Origin: Candidatus Bathyarchaeota archaeon | GTDB lineage: Archaea; Thermoproteota; Bathyarchaeia; Bathyarchaeales; Bathycorpusculaceae | DNA: 64,000 nt | Direction: 5' to 3' | NCBI GenBank assembly: GCA_963707955.1 | Contig: OY970176.1 | Location: 224,001-288,000, forward strand | Shown here: positions 19,857 to 29,368 of the stretch, one piece after another | How positions within the stretch are numbered: the stretch's first letter is position 1 | Layout: each line of letters starts with the position of its first letter | The notes under the pieces: model-generated | Seen by the model: the letters and a program-made list of their open reading frames with translations, nothing else | Database searches by the model: none | Told to the model about the DNA's origin: nothing | Translations under genes and position numbers: made by a program

Positions 19857-20798
19857 TTATTCGAAGACCCAGGGGTATTTCCTGTGCATCACTTCTGTTA
19901 TCGAGTGTGGAGAGATCATTCCTTCTTCGCATATTATTCCGTGGATGAAGTCTCTTCTGGTCACGTCGAAGGCGGGGTTTCTGACGACGAGGTTCTTAGG
20001 TGCGTCTTTCCAGATCTCGCTGGGACTTCTTTCCTCTATTTTTTCATAGTCTCCGTACATGGTGGCTGGGTCGAATTTGAGGAGTTCGGACACGACGTAG
20101 AAGGGCGTTCGGGCTTCATGGGCGGCGAGGGCAACGATGCTGGTTCCGATCTTGTTTATCACGTTTCCCTCGGATGTTATTGCATCGGCGCCGACGACCA
20201 CGAGGTCGACTTGGTTCATGAAGAACCGTGTTGCTGAGTCTATGATGAAAGTTGTTTTTATGCCCAGTTCGAGGAGCTCTTTCGCTGTGGTTTGTCCCTG
20301 AAATGTGGGTCTTGTCTCTGTGCAGATGACTTCGAAGAGTTTTCCTTCGTGTTTGGCTTTTCTTAGCAGGTTTGTGACTGTTGAAGAGTGGCAGTGCGTG
20401 AAAATTGCGGAGTTGTTCTTGATTCTTCTGGCTCCTATCTCGGCGATTTTCCTGTTTGATTCTTCTAGGTCTGTGAGGAACTGTTCTGACGTTAGTGAAA
20501 CCGTTTCTGCGAGCCTTTTCACGTTTCTCTCTTCGCTCTTTTCAACCTTGTTTATTATCATTCTCAGCGCGTTTCTCATGAGCGGCTCGGTTGCTCTTGA
20601 AGCGAAGAGGGTTTCCTTGGCCTTCAAGAGTTCTCTTAGAAAATCTTTCTTGCTGGGGGCTTCTGTCTGCCCGGCCAGCGTCTGCACTGCTTTTATGGCG
20701 GCGATGGCCACGTTCCTTGCGCCTTGAACTTCGAGCCTTCTTATTCTTTTTGCTGCGGTCTGAATTGGGTCTGACAAGTGCCTCACCTGCAGATACAA
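19857..20798 (-). CDS. Ribose-1,5-bisphosphate isomerase (eIF-2B family)
   Basis: VQGARNVA, SRATEPLMRN, THCHSSTV, ETRP, GADAI, NKIGT, NPAFDVT; convergent with rbcL. Confidence 0.88.
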   Translation of the reverse strand: MYLQVRHLSDPIQTAAKRIRRLEVQGARNVAIAAIKAVQTLAGQTEAPSKKDFLRELLKAKETLFASRATEPLMRNALRMIINKVEKSEERNVKRLAETVSLTSEQFLTDLEESNRKIAEIGARRIKNNSAIFTHCHSSTVTNLLRKAKHEGKLFEVICTETRPTFQGQTTAKELLELGIKTTFIIDSATRFFMNQVDLVVVGADAITSEGNVINKIGTSIVALAAHEARTPFYVVSELLKFDPATMYGDYEKIEERSPSEIWKDAPKNLVVRNPAFDVTRRDFIHGIICEEGMISPHSITEVMHRKYPWVFE

Positions 20799-20863
20799 TT
20801 AGCTTTCTAGTTCTTGAGGGTAGAATAAGCTTTGTGAATTTGTCGTCGTGAGAATCTGCTGTT

Positions 20864-21466
20864 CTATCTTGCGAATCGGTCGTTCTTCCAGACGTCAGCG
20901 GTGTCGCTGTAGCCTAGTTTTTCCCAGTATCCGAGTTCTTTCTTCGCTGTGAACCTTATCTTTGTTACCCATAAAGCGCTCTTGTAACCGTACTTGTCTG
21001 GGACGACGAGTCTGAGCGGGAAACCTGTGCCTTCCTCGAGGGGCCTATCGTCTAGTCCGTAGGCTAGGAGAACGTCTTCGCCGGAAAGCTCTGTCATCGA
21101 AAGCGAGGTTGTGTAGCCGTCGGCGCATTCGAACGTCACGAATCTAGCGGTTTCTTTTGGCCTGATCAGTTCGATTACGTTGCTGAAACGGACGCCTTCC
21201 CATTTGCAGTTGAGGACGCTCCATCCTTCGACGCAGTGGAAATCGCTCGCTGACTGGACTTTTGGAAGTTTGAGGACTTCATCCCATCTCAGCTTGACGG
21301 GTTTTTCGACTTCGCCGCTGACTTCCAGCGTATAGGTTTTTAAGTCGATTTTGGGGTTCGAAGGCGCGATGCCTGGGTGGTCTGTTCCCCATCTTAAGAG
21401 ACGTTTTATCGGTTTTTGGCCGGGAGGCAGCTTTTCAGGCTTGGTTTTGGGTTTCTCTGAAGTCAT
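20864..21466 (-). CDS. Sulfite oxidase-like molybdopterin-binding oxidoreductase
   Basis: DFHCVEGWS, WEGV, GFPLRLVVP.KYGYKSA.W, GYWE. Confidence 0.88.
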   Translation of the reverse strand: MTSEKPKTKPEKLPPGQKPIKRLLRWGTDHPGIAPSNPKIDLKTYTLEVSGEVEKPVKLRWDEVLKLPKVQSASDFHCVEGWSVLNCKWEGVRFSNVIELIRPKETARFVTFECADGYTTSLSMTELSGEDVLLAYGLDDRPLEEGTGFPLRLVVPDKYGYKSALWVTKIRFTAKKELGYWEKLGYSDTADVWKNDRFAR

Positions 21467-21575
21467 CCTTGTTCATGAGGCACTAGAATCGTGTTGGAGA
21501 TAAGGCTTACTAAGATATGATTGACTCGCCCTTTTTCGCGTCCGCTGCTCTGCCGCCTTTTGGTTCTTCTTTTTC

Positions 21576-21746
21576 GTGGAATAGGCTACATCCCTGTGTT
21601 CGCGTTTTGGCCTCGTCTATTTCACCCTCCCCCTCCCCCCTAGGGTACTAGTACTGCACGCAGGCGTTCGTGGAGGCCCTAGTGGATTGGCGCGGGCCTG
21701 AGGTCAGGCGTGTGTTGAAGGCTTCGCAGGGAGTCTGGGCAAGGGT
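21576..21746. repeat. Dispersed ~170-bp non-coding repeat, copy 2
   Basis: gtggaataggctacatccctgtgttcgcgttttggcctcgtctatttcaccctccccctcccccctagggtactagtactgcacgcaggcgtt...ggcaagggt. Confidence 0.9.
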
Positions 21747-21862
21747 AGTGACCGCGCAATGCTCTTCGCCGTTGCACGTCATTTTGTACGCACGCTAATT
21801 GACGAGGGGTTAGCGCGCGTGACTTGAGCTCGTTCCAATCAGCGCAATGGGTAAGTGTATTT

Positions 21863-22480
21863 CTACTTACCGATGGAGCTTGGATAGTTGTACTTATACG
21901 TGATTATTTGCCGAGGTTTGCGCGTCGCTGCTAGCGCGTAACCGATCAGTAATCCAGCGGCCAAGCCGCCAAGGTGTGCAAAAATGTTCACGTCTGGGCT
22001 TAGACTATTTATTATTAACAGGAAGAAAGAAAACAGCAACGCGGTAACTATAGATTGGCCGATGGCGCGGCTGGAGTAGATCGTGGACGCCCCAATAATG
22101 CCGAAGATGGCGCCTGAAGTTCCGATCGACCAGACGTCAGGGCCCATCAGGAGCGTTAGAAGTCCGCCAGCTAAGCCGCTTAGGAAATAGACTGCCAAGT
22201 ATTCTTTGAGGTCAAACAGTTTTTCAGCTCTGAGTCCGAATATCAGTAGGAAGAGCATGTTGCCGACGATGTGTAGGAGGTTAGCATGAATGAAAATGGC
22301 TGTCAAGAGTCGCCAGGCTTCGCCGTTGAGGACTAAAGCGTTGTTCTGTCCGTAGCTCGAGATAACCCAGTCGCTCGTGCCGTTGATGTTCCCGCTTAGA
22401 ATAGACGTGTAACCGTAGACGGCCACGTTTATCGCGATGAGTGTGTAGGTCGGCATGTACGTTTCTGAGTTCTTGAACAT
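21863..22480 (-). CDS. Rhomboid intramembrane serine protease
   Basis: WRLLTAIFIH, HIVGNM, GTSGAIFG (catalytic Ser), AHLGG (catalytic His). Confidence 0.92.
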   Translation of the reverse strand: MFKNSETYMPTYTLIAINVAVYGYTSILSGNINGTSDWVISSYGQNNALVLNGEAWRLLTAIFIHANLLHIVGNMLFLLIFGLRAEKLFDLKEYLAVYFLSGLAGGLLTLLMGPDVWSIGTSGAIFGIIGASTIYSSRAIGQSIVTALLFSFFLLIINSLSPDVNIFAHLGGLAAGLLIGYALAATRKPRQIITYKYNYPSSIGK

Positions 22481-22486
22481 CCGCTT

Positions 22487-22963
22487 TCAACCTTTGACCT
22501 GCTCGACGATTCTCTGCTTGATCTTTGACGAACTGTCCAGCTTGTCTGAGCTGAACTTGCTGATCTTCACGATTTTTATGTCTAACCCTTTCTTCTTGAT
22601 CGCATCTCTTACTTCCCGCTCCAAGCCGCTGACGTCGCTGTCATGACCAACCGCAACAACATCTGGCCTGATCTTTTCGAGAACCTTCTGCATGCTGAAA
22701 TTTTCATATCCCAGCATAGCCTCGTCAACGACCTTCAGTGAGGCGACGAGCGCGCAACGTTGATACTCGGGCATGACCGGCTTCTTTCCCTTCCTCTTCT
22801 CCACCGTGCTGTCCCGTGCCACAATCACTATGAGCTTGGCGTTCGGACCGCCTGCTTTTTTTGCTTCTTCAAGAAACCGCACGTGTCCCAAGTGCAGCAG
22901 GTCGAACACGCCTGAGGCAAGGACTACTTTGCGCTTCTCGTTTTCTGTGCTTTTTTTGGCCAT
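22487..22963 (-). CDS. ribL: Archaeal FAD synthetase (cytidylyltransferase family)
   Basis: GVFDLLHLGH, VARD, GHD. Confidence 0.85.
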   Translation of the reverse strand: MAKKSTENEKRKVVLASGVFDLLHLGHVRFLEEAKKAGGPNAKLIVIVARDSTVEKRKGKKPVMPEYQRCALVASLKVVDEAMLGYENFSMQKVLEKIRPDVVAVGHDSDVSGLEREVRDAIKKKGLDIKIVKISKFSSDKLDSSSKIKQRIVEQVKG

Positions 22964-23214
22964 TCGAAAGTGACCGCTCCTAACATTCTGAGTGCGTCGA
23001 GCAAGCCTTCACAGTAGGCGACAGAAGTTAAGCTGACCTCGGATTTCTTTTTTTCCATGTAATACTTCGCATCTTCAAGGTAGTCTTTAGCGCAGTCCAC
23101 GACCTTTCTCACGTTTTCAACGTTCACACTGAGAGGGTCCCTTGAAACTACTACTTTCGTGAAGACCTGTTCAGCAGAGGTGATGTATTTTGAAGCAAGC
23201 TCATCCAGGCTCAT
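22924..23214 (-). CDS. DUF357 family protein
   Basis: YLEDAKYY..SVAYCEGLLDALR; typical dph5 neighbour. Confidence 0.8.
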   Translation of the reverse strand: MSLDELASKYITSAEQVFTKVVVSRDPLSVNVENVRKVVDCAKDYLEDAKYYMEKKKSEVSLTSVAYCEGLLDALRMLGAVTFEWPKKAQKTRSAK

Positions 23215-24012
23215 TCTGCAAGCCTTCTCAAGGTTTCAGGTGCATCCGCTAACACTATTAATGCCTCAGCCTCCATGAAGTGAAGCCTCCCGGGAAAGAT
23301 TAAGCTGTGAGGGGGCTGACCAAAATCATAATCTAGAATGTCCATCACAGACCCTGCCTTGACTCTAGGGTTGCTGCTTCCAGCTCTCCGCAACGCCCAC
23401 AGCAAGCGTATCCATGGTGACTACGTTGTCTTTTCTTTTAGCCTCCGTTTTCGACAACTCTTTCAGGCCGTCGCCTATGCTTAGGTAGCGATTTCCGCTC
23501 ATTTCTATGTCTAGCAAGCAGAGGGTGTGTAGCCCCAGTTCCTTGTTTTGAGCGATGACTTCGTATGGAGTTTCAGATGAACTCTCATCTGGGAAAGGTA
23601 TGGTCACGCTTTTTCCAAACTTGTAGTTGTGCAATCCCGACAGGCCGATTGCTGCCGAAAGTATTGATGCTCCATGGATTATTCGGGTTCTTATCCCACG
23701 TTTTTCAGCTTCGATCCGCAAGGCAACATGAGTCGTTGCGATCATGGGATCCCCTGGAACAAGCAAAACTGCCTTCCCAGCATCCGCCGTGTCCAGAATG
23801 ATTTTTCCGTTCCGTTCTTCAAGGTCTTTCCTCACAACCAATTGAGGTTTCTTACGCGAGAGTTTTTCGAAGAGTTTCATCGAAAAGTCTGGGAGCAGAC
23901 TCGTATACAGCTCGATGAAGACATCGTCCGCCGTCTTCGTTTCCTCCAGTCCTCGAAGACTTATCCCCAAATGATCATGCAAACCAAGTCCAACGAAAAC
24001 CAGCTCACCCAA
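23211..24012 (-). CDS. dph5: Diphthine synthase, apparent +1 frameshift near 23390
   Basis: FVGLGL, ELYTS, VPGDPMIATTH, GLHNYKFGKSVTIPF, GLHTLCLLDI; continues in another frame as RAGS..DFGQPPHSLIFPG.LHFMEAE. Confidence 0.9.
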
Positions 24013-24306
24013 ACCTTTCAACCTCTTCACAACGGGAATTAAAAGTGGAGACTTAAAGCTTTAGTCTCATATCGACTTCATGCGCTGCAGTTTGATCTAT
24101 GAAAACCAAAGACATAGCTATGTTGTACGAAGGACTAGACACAGAACATCAGCGGAGGCACTCGTTCCCCGATTGAGAATTTGATTCGGAGGCAATTGAG
24201 AAAAGCAAAGAGGAATAAACATAATTGAACATGTGAGGTTTATGCGCGAAAGGATACCGAAAGCTCTAAATTCCCTCCGCTAGTTCTTTTCTGAACGAAA
24301 CCACGT

Positions 24307-24384
24307 GGGCCCGTAGCTCAGTAAGGTTAGAGCGGCGGACTCTTAATCCGTAGGCCGCGGGTTCAATTCCCGTCGGGCCCGCCA
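24307..24384 (+). tRNA. tRNA-Lys(CTT) with encoded CCA
   Basis: GGGCCCG acceptor stem, TAGCTCAG D-arm, anticodon arm gcgga-CTCTTAA-tccgt, GGTTCAATTCC T-loop, ends GGGCCCGCCA. Confidence 0.96.
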
Positions 24385-24494
24385 CTATTTTGGTATGGAA
24401 CCGGGGAGCCCCACTCCCAATTGGGTTCAAGTGCGCTCGTGGTGCGAAGAAATTTTATAAGAATCGGCTGGAGAGATTGGTTTGGGTGCATGGC

Positions 24495-25353
24495 GTGGAT
24501 AAGAGAAAACTGGGAAGGACAGGTCACGAGAGCACGTTGATAACGTTGGGCGGCGCAATCTTCATTTATCCAGTTGACGTGCAAGAGGAGAACGCGTTCA
24601 TCAGATTTGCTTTGGATCATGGAGTAAATCACGTGGATGTAGCGCCTACTTATGGTGATGCAGAAGTCAGATTGGGCAGATGGGTTAAGGAATATCGCAG
24701 AAACCTGTTTCTTGCGTGCAAGACGGATAAGAGAACCAAAAAAGAAGCCGCTGAAAAGTTGCGTCAGAGTCTTCTGAACCTTCAAACTGACTATTTCGAT
24801 CTCTACCAACTTCACGCACTTGACGATCCAAAGGAGCTGGAGATTGCTTTGGGAGAGAACGGTGCGATGGAGAGCTGTACTGGAGGCTAAAGAGCAAGGT
24901 CTGGTCAAATATATCGGTATAACGAGTCACAACCCGCAGACGATCTTGAAGGCGCTGGAATCCTTCGACTTTGACACAGTTCTGCTTCCTGTGAACTGTG
25001 TCCTTCATGCCCATCCTGAACCTTGCAACGATTATGAGCCCGTGCTTGCCCTAGCAGAAAGGAAAGACCTTGGAGTCATAGCTATGAAATCTGTGGCAAA
25101 AGGACCCTGGCCCGGCAAAGAGAAGACATCTAATACGTGGTACCGACCCTTTGATACTCAGGGAGACGTTGACGAGGCTTTGTGGTTCGCACTGTCACAG
25201 AACGTGACTACGGCAACCAGCTCTTCAGACATTCGAATAGCCAGAATGATGATCGATGCGGCTGAGCGCTATGTACCAATGAAAGAAAAGGAGCAACAGA
25301 AACTCCTGAGGAAAGCTTCTGCTCATCAACCTCTGTTCCCTAGCAAATCGTAA
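24495..25353 (+). CDS. Aldo/keto reductase, apparent +1 frameshift near 24872
   Basis: KRKLGRTG, DVAPTYGDAE, LACKT, DYFDLYQLH; continues in another frame as GLVKYIGITSH, GVIAMKS. Confidence 0.85.
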
Positions 25354-25942
25354 GCGCGAGCTATCGGACAATCGCGTGCTCTCTCTTTGCTTACTGCTAC
25401 GCGCGCTGAACGTGAATATGAATTTCTCCTGGGCTACCAACGCTCAAGCGTGAATTTATACTAATTTCCCTCCTTTTTTGGAAGTACAGTCTTGAAGTGG
25501 GCTGGCCGCATTCAATTCAAAAGCGGCTAAGCGCGCCCAAAAGTAGAATTTTCTAAGCCAAAAAAGATTGGTCTAAACCAAACTTGTTTCTATACTCCTT
25601 ATGAATGGGACAAGGATGAGTGTGATGTTGCGTGTTTCCCAGTGCTTGGTTGATGGGGCTGTTGAGGGCATCTCCGTGGATTGGATTGAGAAAACCCTTA
25701 CAATCCTCTGAGTGTGTCGTTGAGTTGGGAAACAGTGGAAGCATGGGAATTTCAGAAACAAAGCTTTGAACGGAGAGATTATGGGAAACAGGGCGTTTGC
25801 TTCGGAGACAGTGTGGGAAACCGCTGGAAACGCGCGCGCACAGGCTCAGTGGGTAAAGATAACGTTTAAAATGTGCCTCCTCGACTGAAATGATTAGCGC
25901 GCGCTAGATGAGGCTACAGGACTGGTAGTTGTGCCCTCAATA

Positions 25943-26595
25943 ATGGGAAAGAGATATTCCAAGGATTATTCAGATGAGGAGCTTCGGAAACAAGCTGGTG
26001 ACCTTGAGAATGCCGTCACGATTCCCGTGAACGTGGAAATAAAGCAGATCACAGGGTGCTCAACCTCGGCGAAGTGGAAAGTTACCTGAAAAAGGCGAAG
26101 AAGATCGGTCTTCAAGACTGCGGCTGCCGTGTTGAAAAAGGGAATTGTGATGCTCCTCGGAATGTTTGTATAAGCATAGATCCGTCTGACGATTACTTCA
26201 GTAAGAATGCAGGCTACCGGGCACGTGAGTCTACGCTGAGGGAGGCGCTTGACGCATTGAGGAAGAGTGACGAAGCTGGTCTGGTGCATATGGCGTATAC
26301 GATGAAGGGCGACGACCATGCTACTGTGATATGCAGTTGCTGCCCCTGCTGCTGCCACACCCTAGGTTGGCTTCTGCGTTTTGGAATGGCCACGAAGGTT
26401 CTCACGTCCAAATTTGTCGCAGAAGAGAACTATGAAAAATGTCTGAGGTGCCGTCGATGCGTTGACCGATGCGTCTTCGGGGCTAGAAGCCTTGAGGTAG
26501 GCGAACTAATTTTCGACAGTGCTCGATGTTTCGGTTGCGGTCTCTGCGTCTCAGCTTGTCCTGTGGACGCCATAACCCTGAAACACCGAACCTAG
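25943..26595 (+). CDS. 4Fe-4S dicluster protein, apparent 1-nt deletion near 26042
   Basis: CGCR, ICSCCPCCC, CxxCxxCxxxC twice; the N-terminal part ..AVTIPVNVEI lies in another frame. Confidence 0.8.
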
Positions 26596-26627
26596 TTTAT
26601 TGAACACGCCAGATAGAAGACCCTCGT

Positions 26628-26957
26628 TCAAGAGCTGAGTATTCGCATGATGTTGAACGAATTGACGAGGACCACTCCGAGGTAGAGCAGAACCAACGCT
26701 AAGGCTGCGCCGTAGACGACTTTCGGTTTCTTGGGATATGAAAAATACAGAACAAAAGGGATGAAGAATGACCAGAGTATTTTAACCCAAAAAGCAAATG
26801 TGGGAAATAACACGTAAAGGGGGTTTGTCTCGTGCTCGAAGAAAAGCCACGTCTGCACTATGTCGACCGCGTTCAGAATTGGAAAGAGAACCAGCCAGAG
26901 TTTGAAGAAATGTAATCTTTCGAACTGCGCACCGGTTTTTTCGGCCATCACCCTCAC
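26628..26957 (-). CDS. Small membrane protein (DUF5658-like)
   Basis: LNAVDIVQT..E.NP..K motif, 3 TM. Confidence 0.65.
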   Translation of the reverse strand: MRVMAEKTGAQFERLHFFKLWLVLFPILNAVDIVQTWLFFEHETNPLYVLFPTFAFWVKILWSFFIPFVLYFSYPKKPKVVYGAALALVLLYLGVVLVNSFNIMRILSS

Positions 26958-27615
26958 TGTGTGAAGTGGGAAAAGCCTTCGACTTAACTGTTCTGTACTC
27001 TGGCTAAGTAAGATTTCTAAATAATTCAGATGATGTTTCAGCTTCCACCTCCATCGTCAAGTTCTGCTATGTACCTTCTATGAGACAATGAAGACAGTTC
27101 CGCTTTCCTCGATCCCTGCATAGAATTCCCAAGCGCCAGCATAATTCCAGAAGCTGAAGAGTGAAACCTCCTGCAGGCACTTCAGTTCGTATTGAAAAAA
27201 GACGCCCACGCATAGAAATCAGAGTAGGCAACACAAACACAGTCAGTAACACAACTAAAACCGTAACGATAACATACAACTACTAAACCCGCTCTATTTT
27301 TCTAGTCTAATTGACGGAGTCGAAAAAGCTCTAGTCAAGCTTAAGCTAGATTAGACCTCGCCTTTTTCAAGATTGGAATCCAGAAAGAATTATCAGGATA
27401 TTTCCGTTGGAAATATTCGGCAACAGACTTTTTGATTTCAAAACTGTTCGTTCCATGCCTATCCGGTAAAGTAATCTGTGACCTGTAAAAGTGCGCGCGC
27501 GAAAACTTGTCACACAGCTTTATTTTCGAGTCATAAAAAGGTAGCGCGCGTCTTGGAATGTGTGGGTTGGAGGAAAGAATTAAGACGGTCTTTGATTATT
27601 TATGCATAGGTATAT

Positions 27616-27861
27616 GTGTTGAAGGAAACTGATGGGGCTGAACCGGAGGAGAGGGTTAGGAAGCGAGGGGTCAAGTTCTGTCCCAAATGCGGGTCGACTG
27701 AAGTCTATTGGGCTCGCGGCTTGCCGCAGCTTTGGTCTATGTGGGAATGCAGAAACTGTGGATATTACGGGGCATTCATCGTTGAAGACGGATTGTTGTC
27801 GAAGAAGATTCAGGAAGAATATGCCAAGAAACATCCACCGTCCGACGCAAAGCACGAATGA
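27616..27861 (+). CDS. Zinc-ribbon protein
   Basis: KFCPKCGS...WECRNCGY. Confidence 0.75.
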   Translation: MLKETDGAEPEERVRKRGVKFCPKCGSTEVYWARGLPQLWSMWECRNCGYYGAFIVEDGLLSKKIQEEYAKKHPPSDAKHE

Positions 27862-27987
27862 AACCTCTGCTTAGAATCCATCAGCGCACGCTTTGGCCAT
27901 TTTTAACCATTTTCGGAACAACGATGCGCGCTACAACAAACCTTTAACGTCGATATGTTCCTCTTAACTAACTGGTGGTGAGTGTGC

Positions 27988-28098
27988 GTGAGTGTGCGTA
28001 AGTGTGCAAAGTGTGGTAACAATATAGAGCAGGGTAAAGAGGTTGTAAAAGGAACCATATGGAAAAAATACTATCATGCTGAGTGTGCACCTAAATAG
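27988..28098 (+). CDS. 36-aa zinc-finger microprotein (half-LIM-like), absent from the ORF track
   Basis: MSVRKCAKCGNNIEQGKEVVKGTIWKKYYHAECAPK; GGTGGTGA RBS and CTTTAA TATA-like box upstream. Confidence 0.65.
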   Translation: MSVRKCAKCGNNIEQGKEVVKGTIWKKYYHAECAPK

Positions 28099-28104
28099 AT
28101 CAAT

Positions 28105-28159
28105 TGTAACGCGCGCGTTATTTGCCAATACAACTGTGATTTCAACAGCGCGCGTTACA
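28105..28159. repeat. 55-bp hairpin with perfect 12-bp arms
   Basis: TGTAACGCGCGC (28105-28116) and GCGCGCGTTACA (28148-28159). Confidence 0.9.
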
Positions 28160-28180
28160 GAGATGGACTTGACCCCGTTT

Positions 28181-28206
28181 GGGTTCTAATCCCTCCGGGC
28201 CCGCCA
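28181..28206 (+). repeat. Degenerate tRNA 3'-end copy (att-like)
   Basis: gggttctaatccctccgggcccgcca vs tRNA-Lys gggttcaattcccgtcgggcccgcca (4 mismatches). Confidence 0.75.
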
Positions 28207-28501
28207 ATAACAAGGATCTCTCTGATTGGGCGGAAGAAGGTGATGTTTCCTAGCTAAGTTTAGCTGGAAATTTGTCCCAAGCGAGAGTTCAATAGGATGG
28301 ATTTTTGAAGAAGAAAACTCTTCAGTCCGGTATTTCACGTTGCTTGATTTTCTAGACAGAAGTGAGCCCTGCCGAAGTTGCAACAGCCGAAAAAGCAATT
28401 GTCATTTCCCCCGTGGTCAGGAGATTCCTGCAGAATCAAAAGCGAGAAGGCTCTTTTTCTCTTTTGTTACCGAACTCGCCACAAAGACGGCGCGCGCTTT
28501 T

Positions 28502-29368
28502 TTAGGTTACGCGCGCTTTTCGTTCACTGTCAGGGGTCTGTTCAGGTTCAGGCTCTGTGCGATGTGCAAGCTCGTGGCGAGAGAATGTGACAAATAATTT
28601 CATGAGTTCAAATTGCTTCCCGAGATAGTCCAGTGATACTGACGGCAGTAAGCCGAGGAGTTTGTTTCTGATGTTGTTGAACGCGGTCCGAACCATTAGC
28701 GCAATAATAACAAACAAAAGTGCGGCAAGGTAAGGCATGACAAATCCTACAGAGTTGCGTGTGAACACTACCGCTGCACTAAACACTTGAGCAAAAACGA
28801 ATACAGCTGGAGGCATGATGAAAGACAGTACTGCAGTCGAGACGAAGAATGCTATTGACAACAAGAGATAGTATGCGCTTAGCCTCGGAAGCACAGTCTT
28901 CAAGATAGCCAACACATCAAAATCGCCCTTCCCAAAGCCGACGTTGTCCTTAACGGCTTTCGCAAAAACGTCTGCGTTGTGGAAAATCTCGTAGGCTTCT
29001 TCGAACATCATCAAGACGGCACAGATGCTTAGGACAAGAAGAGGAAACACCAACCCCAACTCAAAGATTGCGGCCACCAACCAGAAAAGCCCGCAAAAAG
29101 CCAGATACGGAACGAGAACCAACAAGGTAACGGGACTACTGTATGCTCCTCTTGATTCTAGAAAGGGGTCAAACGCGTTGAATCTCCTGTCAAAGATGCC
29201 AACAGACAAATTCTTTGGGAGGTTTTTTAAAACTCTTGACTTCCGATAAGAATACAGCGCAAATATGAAAGACAAGCAGCCCATCGAAAACAAAACCATT
29301 GACGCTCTAAAAGATGGAACACTAAAAATGGAGTAATCCATAATACCCCCCTCCAACAAATGCCACAT
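28502..29368 (-). CDS. Multi-pass membrane hypothetical protein
   Basis: 288-aa ORF with 5-6 hydrophobic segments. Confidence 0.7.
   Translation of the reverse strand: MWHLLEGGIMDYSIFSVPSFRASMVLFSMGCLSFIFALYSYRKSRVLKNLPKNLSVGIFDRRFNAFDPFLESRGAYSSPVTLLVLVPYLAFCGLFWLVAAIFELGLVFPLLVLSICAVLMMFEEAYEIFHNADVFAKAVKDNVGFGKGDFDVLAILKTVLPRLSAYYLLLSIAFFVSTAVLSFIMPPAVFVFAQVFSAAVVFTRNSVGFVMPYLAALLFVIIALMVRTAFNNIRNKLLGLLPSVSLDYLGKQFELMKLFVTFSRHELAHRTEPEPEQTPDSERKARVT

Larger units (their letters stand above)
24385..28206. mobile_element. Putative tRNA-integrated island remnant
   Basis: Flanked by the tRNA-Lys 3' end (24359-24384) and a 22/26 direct repeat at 28181-28206; small accessory genes and long spacers; no integrase inside. 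Confidence 0.55.

Noticed and set aside
24099-24220. Possible ribbon-helix-helix gene relic upstream of tRNA-Lys
   Set aside because: Needs several frame changes; similarity is too weak to support.
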